Counted from the stretch's first letter, positions 1 through 13,212 are shown. The stretch is 50,246 bases of DNA from Eggerthella sp. CAG:209 (GCA_000436075.1 FR884640.1:18367-68612); one strand, 5' to 3'. Notes: generated by a model not told the origin, from the letters alone. Program-made: numbers and translations.

Positions 1-21
1 TGGCGGCCTGCTTCTTTTCCC

Positions 22-50
22 TAGACCTAATGGGCATATCGCCGTATAAT
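22..50 (+). promoter_or_regulatory. sigma70-type promoter of pyr operon
   Basis: TAGACC (22-27), 17-bp spacer, perfect TATAAT (45-50) just upstream of the PyrR-binding hairpin. Confidence 0.7.
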
Positions 51-57
51 CATCAAG

Positions 58-158
58 ACCTTTAATGGCGGTACAGAGAGACCGATAAGGTGCAAACATA
101 CGCTTCGCAAGTTTTGCGAAGTCTGACTGATTGCCCCTCTCTTGCTTGGGCATTTTTT
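58..158 (+). promoter_or_regulatory. PyrR-binding RNA element and transcription attenuator
   Basis: ACCTTTAATGGCGGTACAGAGAGACCGATAAGGT (58-91) resembles the PyrR binding loop (CUUUAA..GUCCAGAGAGRC..AAGG). A terminator follows: TGCCC(132-136)/GGGCA(148-152) plus T6. AGGTGCAA(88-95) can alternatively pair with TTGCCCCT(131-138) as antiterminator. Confidence 0.85.
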
Positions 159-187
159 GTATACGGGCAGGGGAGCGTCAAGGGTGA

Positions 188-1770
<1,583 letters not shown>

Positions 1771-1787
<17 letters not shown>

Positions 1788-3063
1788 GAATATTCGTGCT
1801 ATCGATCCCGCTCTTGGCCTTGATGAGGTTTGCGACATCCTCATTGATGGCGATCGGATTGCCGAAGTGGGACAAGATTTGAGTGCCGATGGTGCCGAGA
1901 TCCTTGATCGCGCTGGTTGTATTGCGGTCCCTGGTCTTGTTGATATACATGTGCATCTTCGTGATCCAGGCCAAGAGTACAAGGAGACTATCGAGACAGG
2001 CACGGCTGCGGCAGCTCATGGTGGATTTACTGGTATCTGCTCTATGCCCAATACCACTCCTACTACCGATAATGCCGCCACGATCGATTACGTTCTTGAC
2101 CGTGCTCGGAGCGCAGGCCATTGCCGAGTGTATCCTTCGGGCGCATGCACTATGGGACTTAAGGGTGAATCGCTTGCCGAGATTGGCGACATGGCTGCCC
2201 ATGGTGCGGTAGCTTTTACTGATGATGGTCGAGGTGTGCAGAGCGCTGGCATGATGCGTCGTGTTATGGACTACGCGAAGATGTTCAACTGCGTGGTTAT
2301 GAGCCATTGTCAGGATGAAGAGCTGGTTGGCCCCGGTCAGGTAAATGAAGGTGTGGTCTCCACTCGTCTAGGCGTGGCAGGTTGGCCCGGTGCAGGCGAA
2401 GAGCTTCAGATACAGCGCGACATTGCACTTTCTGAGCTTACCGGTTGCCCTATTCATATTCAGCACATCACAACTGCTCGTGGCGTTGATATTGTTCGTC
2501 AAGGTAAGTCTCGTGGAATCAAGGTGACTTGCGAGGCTACGCCCCATCATATTGTTTTGAATGAAGATGATCTTACTTCTACGTACAATACTAATTTAAA
2601 GATGAATCCACCGTTGCGTACTAAGGCCGACAATAAGGCTATCATCGAGGGGATCAAAGACGGCACTATCGATTGCATCGTTACGGATCATGCCCCCCAT
2701 GCAGCTCATGAAAAAGCTCGTGAATTTGAGCTGGCCCCATTTGGCATGACGGGACTCGAAACCTCTCTTGGCGCTGTGCTGACCTACTTGGTTCGACCTG
2801 GACATATTGATTATGACCGTATGGTTGAGCTTATGGCTATTCGCCCTCGTGAGATTCTCCGTGTTGATCAAGTGCAGATCAAACCTGGCGATGTGGCCGA
2901 TCTCACTATCTTTGATCCTGAAAAGAAGTGGGTCGTTAATGCGGATGATATGTGCTCTAAATCAAAAAACAGCGGTTTTTTGGGTTATGAATTGATTGGA
3001 CGTACCAGCGATGTGTTTGTCGGCGGTACTTTGACTTGTAAGGATGGTGACATCGTTGAGTAA
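1771..3063 (+). CDS. pyrC: dihydroorotase (type I)
   Basis: DIHVHLRDPG, KMNPPLR, TDHAPH motifs. Confidence 0.96.
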
Positions 3064-4390
3064 GCTTCTTGGCAATACCAGCGTTGGCAGCAGGCCTAAG
3101 GCGCTGCTGGTTTTGGAAGATGGCTCAGTCTTCGAGGGCTTTTCGTGCGGTGCGGAAGGCGAGGTTTTTGGCGAAGTGTGCTTCAATACCTCACTTGAAG
3201 GCTATCTTGAGATTATTTCTGACCCTTCGTATGCTGGTCAGATCATCACCATGACCTATCCTCAGATTGGTAATTACGGTGTGAATCTCGATGACCTGCA
3301 GGCTGATTCCCTGGCTCTACGCGGACTTGTAGTACACGATATGTGTTTCACCCCGTCTAACTGGCGCAGCACGCAGAGTTTGCCTGAATACCTCAAGGGC
3401 CAGAATGTTGTAGCCATTGGCGGCATTGACACTCGTGCACTTACATCTCACCTTCGAGATAAGGGCGCTCAACGTGGTGTGATTTCCACTGTCGATCTTG
3501 ATCCTGCAAGCCTGCTTGCCAAAGTCCGTGAGTCGGAGAGCATTGTTGGGGTAAACCTTGCTAAAACGGTAAGTCGAAATGCTGCCCAGGGTTTCGATGA
3601 GCTCCCTGCAAGTCATTCCTTCGCGGTTGCTGGTCCTGCTGAAGAACGCTACAACGTGGTTGCTTACGACTGCGGTGTTAAGAAATCCATCCTTCAGGGT
3701 CTTGTTCGCGTAGGTTGCAAGCTTACGGTTGTGCCTTGGGATACGCCTGCTGAAGAAGTTCTTGCGATGAACCCCGATGGCGTTTTCCTGAGTAATGGTC
3801 CGGGAGACCCCGATGCGGTGAGTGAAACGTATCATCAGGTCGAAAAGCTCATTGGCAAGGTGCCCGTCTTCGGTATCTGTCTTGGACATCAAATGATCTC
3901 CTTGGCAAGTGGCGCTCAGATGGAAAAGCTTAAGTTCGGTCATCGCGGTGGCAACCAGCCGGTTATGAATCTGCGTACGGGTCGCGTTGAAATCACTGCG
4001 CAGAATCATGGTTTCGGTCTTTTGTTCGATACTTTAGGTCCCCTCGTGCCAGAGCTTTCCGATGGTGTTGGCGAACATGTGTCCGACTTGCGTTTCTGGG
4101 CGGAGCGCAAGGTAGCTCCCGTTGTCGAAAATGATCGTTTTGGCAAGATACAGCTCACCCATGTGAATCTGAACGACGGTACAGCAGAGGGTATTGCGTT
4201 CCTTGATCAGCCGGTATTTTCCGTTCAGTATCACCCTGAAGCAAGCCCGGGTCCGACCGATGCTCACTATCTTTTCACGGCTTTCGCTCGTCTTATGGAC
4301 GGCGATTCCGATTATCTAAACATCGATATCGCCTCCGACCGTCTTTCCGGTTGGGTATTTGGCGCAGAGGAAGGAGAGGCACATGCCTAA
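3044..4390 (+). CDS. carA: carbamoyl-phosphate synthase small subunit
   Basis: [34 protein letters not shown]; exact start uncertain (ATG 3044, or in-frame GTG 3047 / TTG 3056). Confidence 0.96.
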   Translation: MVTSLSKLLGNTSVGSRPKALLVLEDGSVFEGFSCGAEGEVFGEVCFNTSLEGYLEIISDPSYAGQIITMTYPQIGNYGVNLDDLQADSLALRGLVVHDMCFTPSNWRSTQSLPEYLKGQNVVAIGGIDTRALTSHLRDKGAQRGVISTVDLDPASLLAKVRESESIVGVNLAKTVSRNAAQGFDELPASHSFAVAGPAEERYNVVAYDCGVKKSILQGLVRVGCKLTVVPWDTPAEEVLAMNPDGVFLSNGPGDPDAVSETYHQVEKLIGKVPVFGICLGHQMISLASGAQMEKLKFGHRGGNQPVMNLRTGRVEITAQNHGFGLLFDTLGPLVPELSDGVGEHVSDLRFWAERKVAPVVENDRFGKIQLTHVNLNDGTAEGIAFLDQPVFSVQYHPEASPGPTDAHYLFTAFARLMDGDSDYLNIDIASDRLSGWVFGAEEGEAHA

Positions 4391-7300
4391 GCGTACCGAC
4401 ATCAAGCGCATTCTCGTAATTGGGTCGGGTCCGATTGTTATTGGCCAGGCGTGCGAGTTCGACTATTCCGGTGCCCAGGCGTGCAAGGTGCTGAAAGAAG
4501 ATGGCTACGAGGTTGTTTTGGTTAATTCCAATCCTGCAACCATCATGACCGATCCCCAGCTGGTTGATCGCACCTATGTTGAGCCAATTACCAAGGAATT
4601 CATCGAGAAGATTATCGAAAAGGAACGCCCTGACGCCCTGTTGCCTACCCTCGGTGGTCAAACTGCTCTCAACGCTGCTGTTGAACTTGCCAAGAGCGGC
4701 GTTCTGGATAAATTTGGCGTCGAGATGATTGGCTGTGACCTTGCGGCTATTGAACGCGGCGAGGACCGTAAGCGGTTTAATGAGGCGATGGCCGAAATCG
4801 GCTTGGAAGTTGCCCGAAGTGGCTACGCCTACTCCGTTGATGATGCTCTTGGGCTTGCCGACATGCTCGGTTACCCCATGGTGATTCGCCCCTCCTTCAC
4901 ACTTGGTGGCGCTGGCGGTGGTATTGCTCATAACGAGGAAGAGCTTAAGCTCATCGTTTCCCAGGGTCTTGACCTTTCTCCTGTTACCGAGGTTCTTGTT
5001 GAAGAGAGCATCGAGGGCTGGAAAGAGTACGAGATGGAGGTTATGCGCGATCGTGCGGGTAATGGCATCATTATTTGCTCGATTGAAAACCTCGATCCTA
5101 TGGGTGTTCATACGGGCGACTCCATTACTGTTGCGCCTGCCCAGACTCTTTCCGATGTTGAATACCAGCGTATGCGCGTTGCTTCGTTGGCGATTCTTGA
5201 AAAGATCGGCGTCGAAACGGGCGGCTCTAACGTTCAGTTTGCGTTGAATCCTGAAAATGGTCGCCTTATCGTTATTGAGATGAATCCACGCGTTTCACGT
5301 TCATCTGCATTGGCATCTAAGGCAACTGGATTCCCGATCGCTAAGGCTGCCGCAAAGCTTGCCGTAGGGTATACGCTTGACGAGATAACCAATGACATCA
5401 CAAAGGCAACTCCTGCTTGCTTTGAGCCCACTATCGACTATTGCGTAGTCAAGGTCCCTCGTTTTGCGTTCGAGAAATTCAAGGGTACTGATACCACGCT
5501 CTCCACTCGTATGAAGGCCGTTGGCGAGATTATGGCAATCGGCCGTACGTTCGAAGAGGCATTTGGCAAGGCAATGCGCTCCCTTGAGAATGGTCGCTAC
5601 GGCCTGGGCGGCGATGGCAAGGACTCCTTCGATGAGGATCATTTTGCTGAATTGGTTGGTCGTCCTACCGAAGACCGCGTTTTTTATGTTGCTGAGGCGT
5701 TCCGACGTGGCTGGACGGTAGATCAGGTTTTTGAAGCGAATAAGATCGATCGCTGGTTCTTGAATCGTATCCGAGACATTGTCATGGTTGAGCGCGCGGT
5801 TGCTGAGTGCGCGCTTGATGAGCTTTCAGCTGAAGATATGCTTACGGCCAAGCAGTTCGGTCTTTCCGATGACCAGATTGCTTACTTGACTGGGTCTGAC
5901 GAGCTCACGGTACGCGCTCGTCGTAAAGAACTGGGTGTTGTTCCCGTTTTTAAGACTGTTGACACTTGCGCTGCCGAGTTCGAGAGCCTTACTGAGTATC
6001 ACTATAAGACGTACGAGTTGGGCAATTCCGAGATCCGCCTCTCTGATAAGAAGCGAGCTATGATTTTGGGCGCTGGTCCCAATCGCATCGGTCAGGGTAT
6101 TGAGTTTGATTATTGCTGCGTGCATGCAAGCTATGCATTGCACGATGCTGGCTATGAAACCATCATGGTCAATTGCAATCCTGAAACGGTATCGACTGAC
6201 TACGACACGTCCGATCGTCTTTATTTTGAGCCTTTGACTTACGAAGACGTAATGGACATTGTTGATGTTGAGCAGCCTGATGGGGTAGTGGTTACCCTTG
6301 GTGGGCAAACGCCGTTGAAGCTCGCTCGCGCTCTTCAGGATTCTGGTGTTCACATCATGGGCACTAAGCCCGAGGCCATCGATCTTGCTGAAGATCGCGA
6401 TCGCTTCTCTGAGATTCTTGATGAGCTTTCTATTACGTATCCTGCTGCGGGTATGGCTTCTTCGTTTGAGGAAGCCTGCCAGGTTGCCGATCGCATCGGC
6501 TTCCCTCTGCTTGTTCGTCCTAGCTACGTTCTTGGCGGTCGTGGCATGGTTATTGCATATGATGCTCAGTACCTTGAGAAGTACATGGCGGAAGCTGCTC
6601 GCATTACTCCTGATCATCCGGTCTATCTCGACCGCTTCCTTGAAGGTGCTATTGAAAGTGACGTTGATGCTCTGTGCGATGGCGAGGATGTTTACATTGG
6701 CGGTGTTCTCGAGCACATCGAAGAAGCTGGTGTTCATTCCGGCGACTCTGCTTGCTGCATCCCTCCTTTCACGCTTTCCGAGGCTCAGGTATCTCAGCTC
6801 CGCAACATTACGCGTCGGTTGGCTAAACGCTTGGGCGTAGTGGGTCTTATCAATATCCAGTTCGCCATCAAGGACGCTGTTGTTTACGTTATCGAGGCCA
6901 ATCCCCGCGCATCTCGCACCGTGCCTTTTGTTTCAAAGGCTACGGGCGTTCCTCTGGCTAAGCTTGCTGCTCGAATTATGGCCGGCGAAAAGATTGCCTC
7001 TTTCGGTCTTCCCGACGATGAGCGCCGTCAAACGCATTTCTGTGTAAAAGAAGCCGTTATGCCCTTTGGTCGCTTCCCCGGGGCTGACGTAATTCTCGGA
7101 CCTGAGATGAAGTCGACGGGTGAGGTAATGGGTATTGCCAATAACTTCCCGTCGGCATACGCGAAAACTCAGGCAGCTGCTTCGATGGAGCTTCCCACGG
7201 GTGGGACTTGCTTCGTTTCGGTCTGCGATCGCGATAAGCGCGCAATACTACCCTTGGCTCGTGATCTCTCCCGCATGGGCTTCAAACTTTTGTGCACCGA

Positions 7301-7607
7301 GGGCACCTGTCGTGCCCTTACTGCTGCAAGCATTCCTTGCGAGGTTATTGGCCGTATTGGTTCCGAGGAGCCGAATATTGGCACTAAGATCATGGACGGT
7401 GAGATTGATTTGGTTATCAATACGCCGTTTGGTCAGGAAACACGTGGCGACGGGTATCAGCTTCGTACCATGTGTGTCCGCCAGAACCTTTGCTATGTAA
7501 CCACGTTGGCTGGAGCTCAGGCATTTGTTTCTGCCATTGAAAACCTGCGCGAGCAGAACCTGCCTGTGATTGCCCTGCAGGATCTCGAGCAGTGGGAAGA
7601 AAGGTAG
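4383..7607 (+). CDS. carB: carbamoyl-phosphate synthase large subunit
   Basis: Begins [30 protein letters not shown], with two ATP-grasp halves and an MGS-like C-terminus; ATG 4383 follows GAAGGAGAGG. Confidence 0.98.
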   Translation: MPKRTDIKRILVIGSGPIVIGQACEFDYSGAQACKVLKEDGYEVVLVNSNPATIMTDPQLVDRTYVEPITKEFIEKIIEKERPDALLPTLGGQTALNAAVELAKSGVLDKFGVEMIGCDLAAIERGEDRKRFNEAMAEIGLEVARSGYAYSVDDALGLADMLGYPMVIRPSFTLGGAGGGIAHNEEELKLIVSQGLDLSPVTEVLVEESIEGWKEYEMEVMRDRAGNGIIICSIENLDPMGVHTGDSITVAPAQTLSDVEYQRMRVASLAILEKIGVETGGSNVQFALNPENGRLIVIEMNPRVSRSSALASKATGFPIAKAAAKLAVGYTLDEITNDITKATPACFEPTIDYCVVKVPRFAFEKFKGTDTTLSTRMKAVGEIMAIGRTFEEAFGKAMRSLENGRYGLGGDGKDSFDEDHFAELVGRPTEDRVFYVAEAFRRGWTVDQVFEANKIDRWFLNRIRDIVMVERAVAECALDELSAEDMLTAKQFGLSDDQIAYLTGSDELTVRARRKELGVVPVFKTVDTCAAEFESLTEYHYKTYELGNSEIRLSDKKRAMILGAGPNRIGQGIEFDYCCVHASYALHDAGYETIMVNCNPETVSTDYDTSDRLYFEPLTYEDVMDIVDVEQPDGVVVTLGGQTPLKLARALQDSGVHIMGTKPEAIDLAEDRDRFSEILDELSITYPAAGMASSFEEACQVADRIGFPLLVRPSYVLGGRGMVIAYDAQYLEKYMAEAARITPDHPVYLDRFLEGAIESDVDALCDGEDVYIGGVLEHIEEAGVHSGDSACCIPPFTLSEAQVSQLRNITRRLAKRLGVVGLINIQFAIKDAVVYVIEANPRASRTVPFVSKATGVPLAKLAARIMAGEKIASFGLPDDERRQTHFCVKEAVMPFGRFPGADVILGPEMKSTGEVMGIANNFPSAYAKTQAAASMELPTGGTCFVSVCDRDKRAILPLARDLSRMGFKLLCTEGTCRALTAASIPCEVIGRIGSEEPNIGTKIMDGEIDLVINTPFGQETRGDGYQLRTMCVRQNLCYVTTLAGAQAFVSAIENLREQNLPVIALQDLEQWEER

Positions 7608-7612
7608 CCTTT

Positions 7613-8395
7613 ATGGCTGACATCTTAGACAAGACTGGGGTAGTGATATCCAATAGGCAGCTGTCTGATAGGCTTTGGATTATCGATATTAAGGTCGACG
7701 CTCTTGGCGCCGACCTTATGCCTGGGCAGTTTGTCCATATGCTCATTCCTGGGATGGAGGGCCATATTCTCCGTCGTCCTTTTTCGGTTTTCTATGTGAG
7801 CGAGGACGGCAGCGTTATCACTATCCTGTATCAGGTGGTTGGTTTCGGCAGCAAGCATCTGACAACGGTCGAAGCCGGTATGGCTGTTAGCCTGATGGGT
7901 CCTATTGGACATGGTTGGAATGCCCCTGAAGGTGTTTCTTCGGCGCTTTTGGTGGCTGGAGGTGTAGGGGCTGCGCCTCTGTTCCTTCATGCGCAGGAAC
8001 TTGTTGCCTCTGGTATTGACGTTGAGGTTGTTATGGGCGCTCAAAGCGATAAAGCTTTGGTTTGTGAGCCGAAATATTCAGAACTTCTTGGGCACGAGCC
8101 CCACTTGGCTACCGATGATGGTTCGCGTGGGCATGCTGGCTTTGTGACTGACGTAGTTGCAGGTCGGATTGCTGAGAAGCAATTCGATTATGTTGCTTGT
8201 TGCGGCCCCGAACCCATGATGCGCATTGTTTCAGAGCTAACACTTAATGCTGGTATTCCAACGTATGTCTCTCTCGAGAAGCGTATGGCATGCGGTATCG
8301 GTGCTTGCCTTTCATGCATAGTCGAAACCAAGCAGGGCAGAAAGCGATCGTGCGTTGATGGTCCCGTTTTCGATGCGAGCGAGGTGATTTGGTAA
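7613..8395 (+). CDS. pyrK: dihydroorotate dehydrogenase electron transfer subunit
   Basis: [36 protein letters not shown] 2Fe-2S motif. Confidence 0.95.
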   Translation: MADILDKTGVVISNRQLSDRLWIIDIKVDALGADLMPGQFVHMLIPGMEGHILRRPFSVFYVSEDGSVITILYQVVGFGSKHLTTVEAGMAVSLMGPIGHGWNAPEGVSSALLVAGGVGAAPLFLHAQELVASGIDVEVVMGAQSDKALVCEPKYSELLGHEPHLATDDGSRGHAGFVTDVVAGRIAEKQFDYVACCGPEPMMRIVSELTLNAGIPTYVSLEKRMACGIGACLSCIVETKQGRKRSCVDGPVFDASEVIW

Positions 8396-9309
8396 TGGCT
8401 GTTTCTCTTTCTGTTAACCTCGGTGGGTTGCATATGAAAAACCCTGTAACCACCGCCTCAGGAACATATGCATCGGGACGCGAATACTCTGCATTTGTGG
8501 ATCCTGCCTTACTTGGCGCTGTAACCACAAAGGGCGTTTCTCTTAATGGGTGGGCCGGGAATGACGCTCCTCGAATCGCCGAGACTCCGAGCGGGATGTT
8601 GAACTCCATCGGCCTTCAGAATCCAGGTGTTGAAGTACTGAAAGATCGCGATTTGCCTTGGCTGCGCCAAAATCATGCAACCATCATTGTAAACGTTTCT
8701 GGTCATAGCGTTCCGGAGTACGTTTCGGTTATCGAGTCGCTCGAAGAAACCTCTGATGTCGATGCTTACGAGGTAAATATTTCATGTCCCAATGTGGATT
8801 CTGGTGGTTTGACCTTTGGCACCGACCCAAAGATGGTTGAAGAGGTTGTTTCTGCATGCCGCGCGAAAACCAAGCGTCCAATGTTTGTAAAATTGACGCC
8901 AAACGTAACTGATATCGTTGAAATCGCCAAAGCGGCTCAATCTTCTGGCGCCGATGCTATTTCGCTTATCAATACTTTACTCGGCATGGCAATTGACGCA
9001 CGTCGCAAGAAGCCCGTTCTTGCCCGTGTCGTTGGTGGACTTTCGGGTCCTGCGGTAAAGCCTGTTGCATTGCGTATGGTTTGGCAGGTGCACAATGCCG
9101 TTGATATTCCTATTTTGGGAATGGGTGGAATTTCCTCAGGCACCGATGCGGTTGAGTTTATGCTTGCAGGTGCCACTGCCGTAGCGGTTGGCACTGCGAA
9201 TTTCACCAATCCTAAATCTACGCTCGATGTGATTTCTGGTATTGAACAGTACTGTATCGACATGGGCGTTTCCGATGTTAATGAGTTGATAGGAGCACTC
9301 GAATGCTAG
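8395..9309 (+). CDS. pyrD: dihydroorotate dehydrogenase family 1B catalytic subunit
   Basis: [42 protein letters not shown] coupling with the pyrK stop. Confidence 0.96.
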   Translation: MAVSLSVNLGGLHMKNPVTTASGTYASGREYSAFVDPALLGAVTTKGVSLNGWAGNDAPRIAETPSGMLNSIGLQNPGVEVLKDRDLPWLRQNHATIIVNVSGHSVPEYVSVIESLEETSDVDAYEVNISCPNVDSGGLTFGTDPKMVEEVVSACRAKTKRPMFVKLTPNVTDIVEIAKAAQSSGADAISLINTLLGMAIDARRKKPVLARVVGGLSGPAVKPVALRMVWQVHNAVDIPILGMGGISSGTDAVEFMLAGATAVAVGTANFTNPKSTLDVISGIEQYCIDMGVSDVNELIGALEC

Positions 9310-10019
9310 ATTTCAACAGCGTGCCCCGCAAGGATCGCATTATCGTTGCACTTGATTGCGAACGCAGTCGAGCTCTTGAGTTGGCTGATATGCTTGCCGG
9401 TAAGGCTAAATGGCTTAAGGTCGGCATGACCTTGTTTTATCAAGAAGGCCCCTATTTCATCAATGCGCTGCAAAAGCGCGGATTCAAAGTCTTTCTTGAT
9501 TTGAAGTTCCACGATATCCCTCATCAGGTTAAGGGCGCCGCTAAAGCAGCCGCGGAAGCTGGTGCCGATATGCTCACCATGCATGCGGTAGGCGGAATCA
9601 AGATGATGGCAGCTGCTAAGGAAGGCTTGGCGGAGGCTCGCTGGGTCGAAGATGAGCCTGTCTCTCTTGGTATTACCGTTCTCACAAGTATGAGCGCGGA
9701 TGACCTCAGTGCTACGGGTGTTACCCGACCTGTAGTTGACCAGGTTGCTGAGCTTGCTCGTCAGGCGCAGCAAGCTGGATTGTCTGGTGTTGTAGCTTCG
9801 CCTCAAGAAGCGGCTATGCTGCGTGAGATTTTGGGCCCAAATTCATTTATTGTTACCCCAGGTGTTCGTCCGGCTGGTTCTGCTATGGGCGATCAAACGC
9901 GTGTAACTACTCCGCGTCAGGCTTTCGATAATGGTGCGTCGCACATTGTTGTTGGTCGTCCTATTACGGAAAGCAACGATCCTGCAGCAGCATTTGAAGC
10001 GATTGCAAAGGAGCTCTAG
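9303..10019 (+). CDS. pyrF: orotidine-5'-phosphate decarboxylase
   Basis: [23 protein letters not shown] motifs. Confidence 0.96.
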   Translation: MLDFNSVPRKDRIIVALDCERSRALELADMLAGKAKWLKVGMTLFYQEGPYFINALQKRGFKVFLDLKFHDIPHQVKGAAKAAAEAGADMLTMHAVGGIKMMAAAKEGLAEARWVEDEPVSLGITVLTSMSADDLSATGVTRPVVDQVAELARQAQQAGLSGVVASPQEAAMLREILGPNSFIVTPGVRPAGSAMGDQTRVTTPRQAFDNGASHIVVGRPITESNDPAAAFEAIAKEL

Positions 10020-10022
10020 GCT

Positions 10023-10478
10023 ATGGAAATTGCTGAGATCAAAGATCTATTGAACAAGATGAATGCCTTCGCCGAAGATGGCGATTCGCTCGATTCTGCT
10101 GCGTTGATGCAAGATCCTATTGTATTGAATCGCCTTGCGGTAGAGCTGTTGCAGCAGATTGACCGTGATGTTAAGCCTGAGTTGGTTATTGCTCCTGAAG
10201 GCATCGAATCATATTTCGGATATTCGGTTGCGCTTGCTGCATGGATGCGTTTCGTTAGCGCTCAGGTCGGTAAAGATGGCGTATTCGAACTCCCTGCCGG
10301 TGTTGAAGTTAAGAAGAACGAAAAAACGATTCTGGTGCTCGATACTTATTCGGAAGAAAAGGCAAATGCGCTTATGTCTCTTGCTCTGGCTGAGGGAGCA
10401 AAGGTTGTTGCTGTGCTTTCATTGACCGGTTCCGATGCCCATGCTGATCATGGTTGTGTATTCCATAGCCTTCTGTAA
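10023..10478 (+). CDS. degenerate orotate phosphoribosyltransferase (PyrE)-like PRT-fold protein
   Basis: Last gene of the operon, in the pyrE position. 'KKNEKTILVLD...AEGAKVVAVLSL' resembles the PRT core, but the DDxxTTGxS loop is absent. Confidence 0.55.
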   Translation: MEIAEIKDLLNKMNAFAEDGDSLDSAALMQDPIVLNRLAVELLQQIDRDVKPELVIAPEGIESYFGYSVALAAWMRFVSAQVGKDGVFELPAGVEVKKNEKTILVLDTYSEEKANALMSLALAEGAKVVAVLSLTGSDAHADHGCVFHSLL

Positions 10479-10501
10479 CATTCCGATACGTTATTTCTCT
10501 T

Positions 10502-10534
10502 AAGCCACCCAAAACTAGGGTGGCTTCTTTTTTT
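10502..10534 (+). terminator. rho-independent terminator of pyr operon
   Basis: AAGCCACCC / GGGTGGCTT stem followed by CTTTTTTT. Confidence 0.88.
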
Positions 10535-10535
10535 G

Positions 10536-10576
10536 ATACGCACTATTTTCAAATGGTATTTGAAAATAGTGCGTAT
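10536..10576. repeat. perfect 19-bp inverted repeat
   Basis: ATACGCACTATTTTCAAAT-GGT-ATTTGAAAATAGTGCGTAT. Confidence 0.95.
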
Positions 10577-10764
10577 TTTGTGTCTGCACTAGGTTATAAT
10601 CACAGTATTTCGTAGTATTAATGCAGTTCATGACGTTGTATTACGAATTTTAGTGTTTTGGACAAATACTAAAATATGGGTAGTTTGTGACATATGAACA
10701 TGTTGCAATCAAGGAGGCAAGACAAGTAATTGTCTTGAATTGGAAGAGAAAAAGGAGCATTACG

Positions 10765-11073
10765 ATGGCAGTTCCCGAGTTGACGCCCGAAGAGCGACAG
10801 CAGGCGCTGGAAAAAGCGAAGGCTGCTCGCATTAAAAGAGCACAGGTTCGTGAAGACCTGAAAAATGGCACGCTTACGCTCAAGGATGTTTTGGCAATGA
10901 AGGACGACCCCATTGTGGGCCGCATGAAGGCTTCTACGCTTATCGAAACGCTCCCTGGTTATGGTAAAGCCAAGGCAGAAAAAATTATGAAAGAACTCGA
11001 CATTGCCGAGTCCCGTCGTTTGAAGGGTTTGGGCGAACGTCAGCAGAAAGCCTTGCTTGAGCGTCTTGGTTAG
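10765..11073 (+). CDS. mihF: actinobacterial integration host factor (mIHF)
   Basis: LTPEERQQALEKAKAARIKRA..LPGYGKAKAEKIMKELDIAESRRLKGLGERQ; ATG 10765 after AAGGAG; canonical position upstream of gmk. Confidence 0.92.
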   Translation: MAVPELTPEERQQALEKAKAARIKRAQVREDLKNGTLTLKDVLAMKDDPIVGRMKASTLIETLPGYGKAKAEKIMKELDIAESRRLKGLGERQQKALLERLG

Positions 11074-11074
11074 T

Positions 11075-11656
11075 ATGCGAAAAGGCAATCTATTCGTTCT
11101 ATCAGGGCCTTCTGGCGCAGGTAAGGGAACTTTGGTGAAGCAGGTGCTTCAGCAAGTTCCCGATGCCTGGGTTTCTGTTTCTGCGACAACGAGACAACCG
11201 CGTCCTGGTGAGGTTGATGGGAAGGATTACTACTTTCTTGATCAACCTCATTTTGATGAGCTGGTTTCACGAGATGGCTTTCTAGAATGGGCTCATGTTC
11301 ATGGCAATTCTTATGGAACACTCAGGTCTCGTGTTCAGGAACGCATTGATCGGGGATCGCAAGTAATCTTAGAGATTGATGTGCAAGGTGCTTTTCAGGT
11401 AAAAAAGGCTATGCCTGAAGCGCATTTGATTTTCATCGAACCGCCTTCCCTTGAGGAACTTGAAAGAAGGCTTCGAGGTCGCGGCACTGAAACCGAAGAG
11501 GCCATTTGCCGTCGTATGAAAACTGCAGAGGTGGAGCTTGCACGCAAAATGGAGTATGATGTTCAGGTTGTCAATGATGAACTTGAACGTGCCACTGAGG
11601 AGCTCGTATCCTATATCGGCTCGTTTGCAGAAGATATGAGAGGAACTACCGAATAA
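11075..11656 (+). CDS. gmk: guanylate kinase
   Basis: SGPSGAGKGT P-loop, SATTRQPRPGEVDGKDYYF, LEIDVQGA. Confidence 0.97.
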   Translation: MRKGNLFVLSGPSGAGKGTLVKQVLQQVPDAWVSVSATTRQPRPGEVDGKDYYFLDQPHFDELVSRDGFLEWAHVHGNSYGTLRSRVQERIDRGSQVILEIDVQGAFQVKKAMPEAHLIFIEPPSLEELERRLRGRGTETEEAICRRMKTAEVELARKMEYDVQVVNDELERATEELVSYIGSFAEDMRGTTE

Positions 11657-11916
11657 TGAGTCTTATTGATCCCAAGATCGATGTACTGCTTGATCAGACT
11701 GATAATGATCGTTTCTTGCTCTGCGCTCTTGCTTCTAAGCGTGCGCATGACATCAACGACATGATGCGTGGTCAGCGCAATCGAGCAATTCAGCTTCAGA
11801 CCGCTGTCGATATCGCTCGAGCTGCCAAGCGTCGTCCTCTCTCTATTGCCTTTGATGAGATCGCAAAAGGTGATGTGTCATACAGCCCTGATACGATCGA
11901 TATCCATAATCACTAA
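11656..11916 (+). CDS. rpoZ: RNA polymerase omega subunit
   Basis: NDRFLLCALASKRAHDI..PLSIAFDEIAKG; coupled to gmk (TAATG). Confidence 0.88.
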   Translation: MSLIDPKIDVLLDQTDNDRFLLCALASKRAHDINDMMRGQRNRAIQLQTAVDIARAAKRRPLSIAFDEIAKGDVSYSPDTIDIHNH

Positions 11917-11921
11917 TTCCC

Positions 11922-13178
11922 ATGCATAATAACGAGCTCGAAGAAAAACAGGCTCTTCGCCGTGTCTGTTTGGTTCATTATCATGAAATAGGCCTAAAGG
12001 GCCATAACCGAGCCCAATTCGAAAAGCGCCTTGTTTCCAATATCAAGGCGCTTTTGAATGATGGGGTTAAGATTAAACGCATTTCAGGTCGTGTTGCGTT
12101 GTTTCTTGAAGAGGACGCAACGTTTGAGGATGCCTGCCGAATTGCCGACCAGATAGCTGGCGTACCTGGCATTGCTCGCGTTTCAAGCGGTTATCGCTGT
12201 GCCCAGGAGCTGGAATGCATGTACGATACCGCCATCAAGGCATTGTCAGACGCTGGTGAATTTGGCACATTCAAGGTTTCTGCACGTCGCAATCACACTG
12301 ATTTCCCTATCGACTCTATGCAGTTGAACCAATTGGTTGGCGCTGCTCTTTGCCGCGCCTTTCCCGAGAAGTCGGTGCGTATGAAGAACCCCGACGTCGA
12401 GGTTCGAGTTGAGGTTATCCAGGGTTATACCTACATTTATGGGCGGAGTATTCCCGGTATTGGTGGTTTGCCAGTAGGAAGTGCCGGCAAGGCAGTGTGC
12501 CTTCTTTCTTCTGGCATTGATTCGCCTGTTGCTACATGGCGTATCGCGCGTCGTGGCGCTACCTGCATCGGAGTACATTTTTCTGGGCGTCCCGAAACCT
12601 CTGCAACAAGCGAGTACCTTCTCGAGGATATCGCCGAAGTTCTTGAGCGAACTGGTTGTTTTGCGCGTTTGTATGTTGTGCCGATTGGAACATATCAGCG
12701 AGAGATTTCTGCTGTAGTTCCGCCTGAACTGCGTGTTATCATGTACCGCCGATTTATGTTTAAAGTTGCTGAGGCTATTGCGCGTAAAGAAGGCGCAAAA
12801 GCATTGGTCACAGGCGAAAGCCTGGGACAGGTTGCATCGCAGACGATGGATAACATGTTGGTGACCAATGCCGCTGTTTCTCTTCCTGTGTATCGTCCTC
12901 TTGTTGGGTTTGATAAGCTCGAAATTATTGCCGAGGCCGAGAAGCTTGGTACCTTTGAAATCTCTTCGCAAGATGCCCCCGATTGCTGCACTTTGTTCAT
13001 GCCTCGCAATCCTGAGACGCATGCTAAGCTTGAACGCGTTCTTGAGGTCGAAAAGGGTCTTCCTTTCGATGAGTGGATTAATGAGGCGGTTGCCTCGGTT
13101 GAGGTTAAGGACTATCGCTGCCCTTCGTATCGACCTCCCAAGGAACGAAAAAAGCAGGACGCTAAGAAAACTGAATAG
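11922..13178 (+). CDS. thiI: tRNA 4-thiouridine synthase ThiI
   Basis: EIGLKGHNR, THUMP domain, GGLPVG, LLSSGIDSPVA PP-loop, TGESLGQVASQT, DCC. Confidence 0.95.
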   Translation: MHNNELEEKQALRRVCLVHYHEIGLKGHNRAQFEKRLVSNIKALLNDGVKIKRISGRVALFLEEDATFEDACRIADQIAGVPGIARVSSGYRCAQELECMYDTAIKALSDAGEFGTFKVSARRNHTDFPIDSMQLNQLVGAALCRAFPEKSVRMKNPDVEVRVEVIQGYTYIYGRSIPGIGGLPVGSAGKAVCLLSSGIDSPVATWRIARRGATCIGVHFSGRPETSATSEYLLEDIAEVLERTGCFARLYVVPIGTYQREISAVVPPELRVIMYRRFMFKVAEAIARKEGAKALVTGESLGQVASQTMDNMLVTNAAVSLPVYRPLVGFDKLEIIAEAEKLGTFEISSQDAPDCCTLFMPRNPETHAKLERVLEVEKGLPFDEWINEAVASVEVKDYRCPSYRPPKERKKQDAKKTE

Positions 13179-13184
13179 CCTTTG

Positions 13185-13212
13185 AAACGGGCCGATGATG
13201 GGCCCGTTTTTT
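13185..13212 (+). terminator. rho-independent terminator after thiI
   Basis: AAACGGGCC / GGCCCGTTT stem with T-run. Confidence 0.85.
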
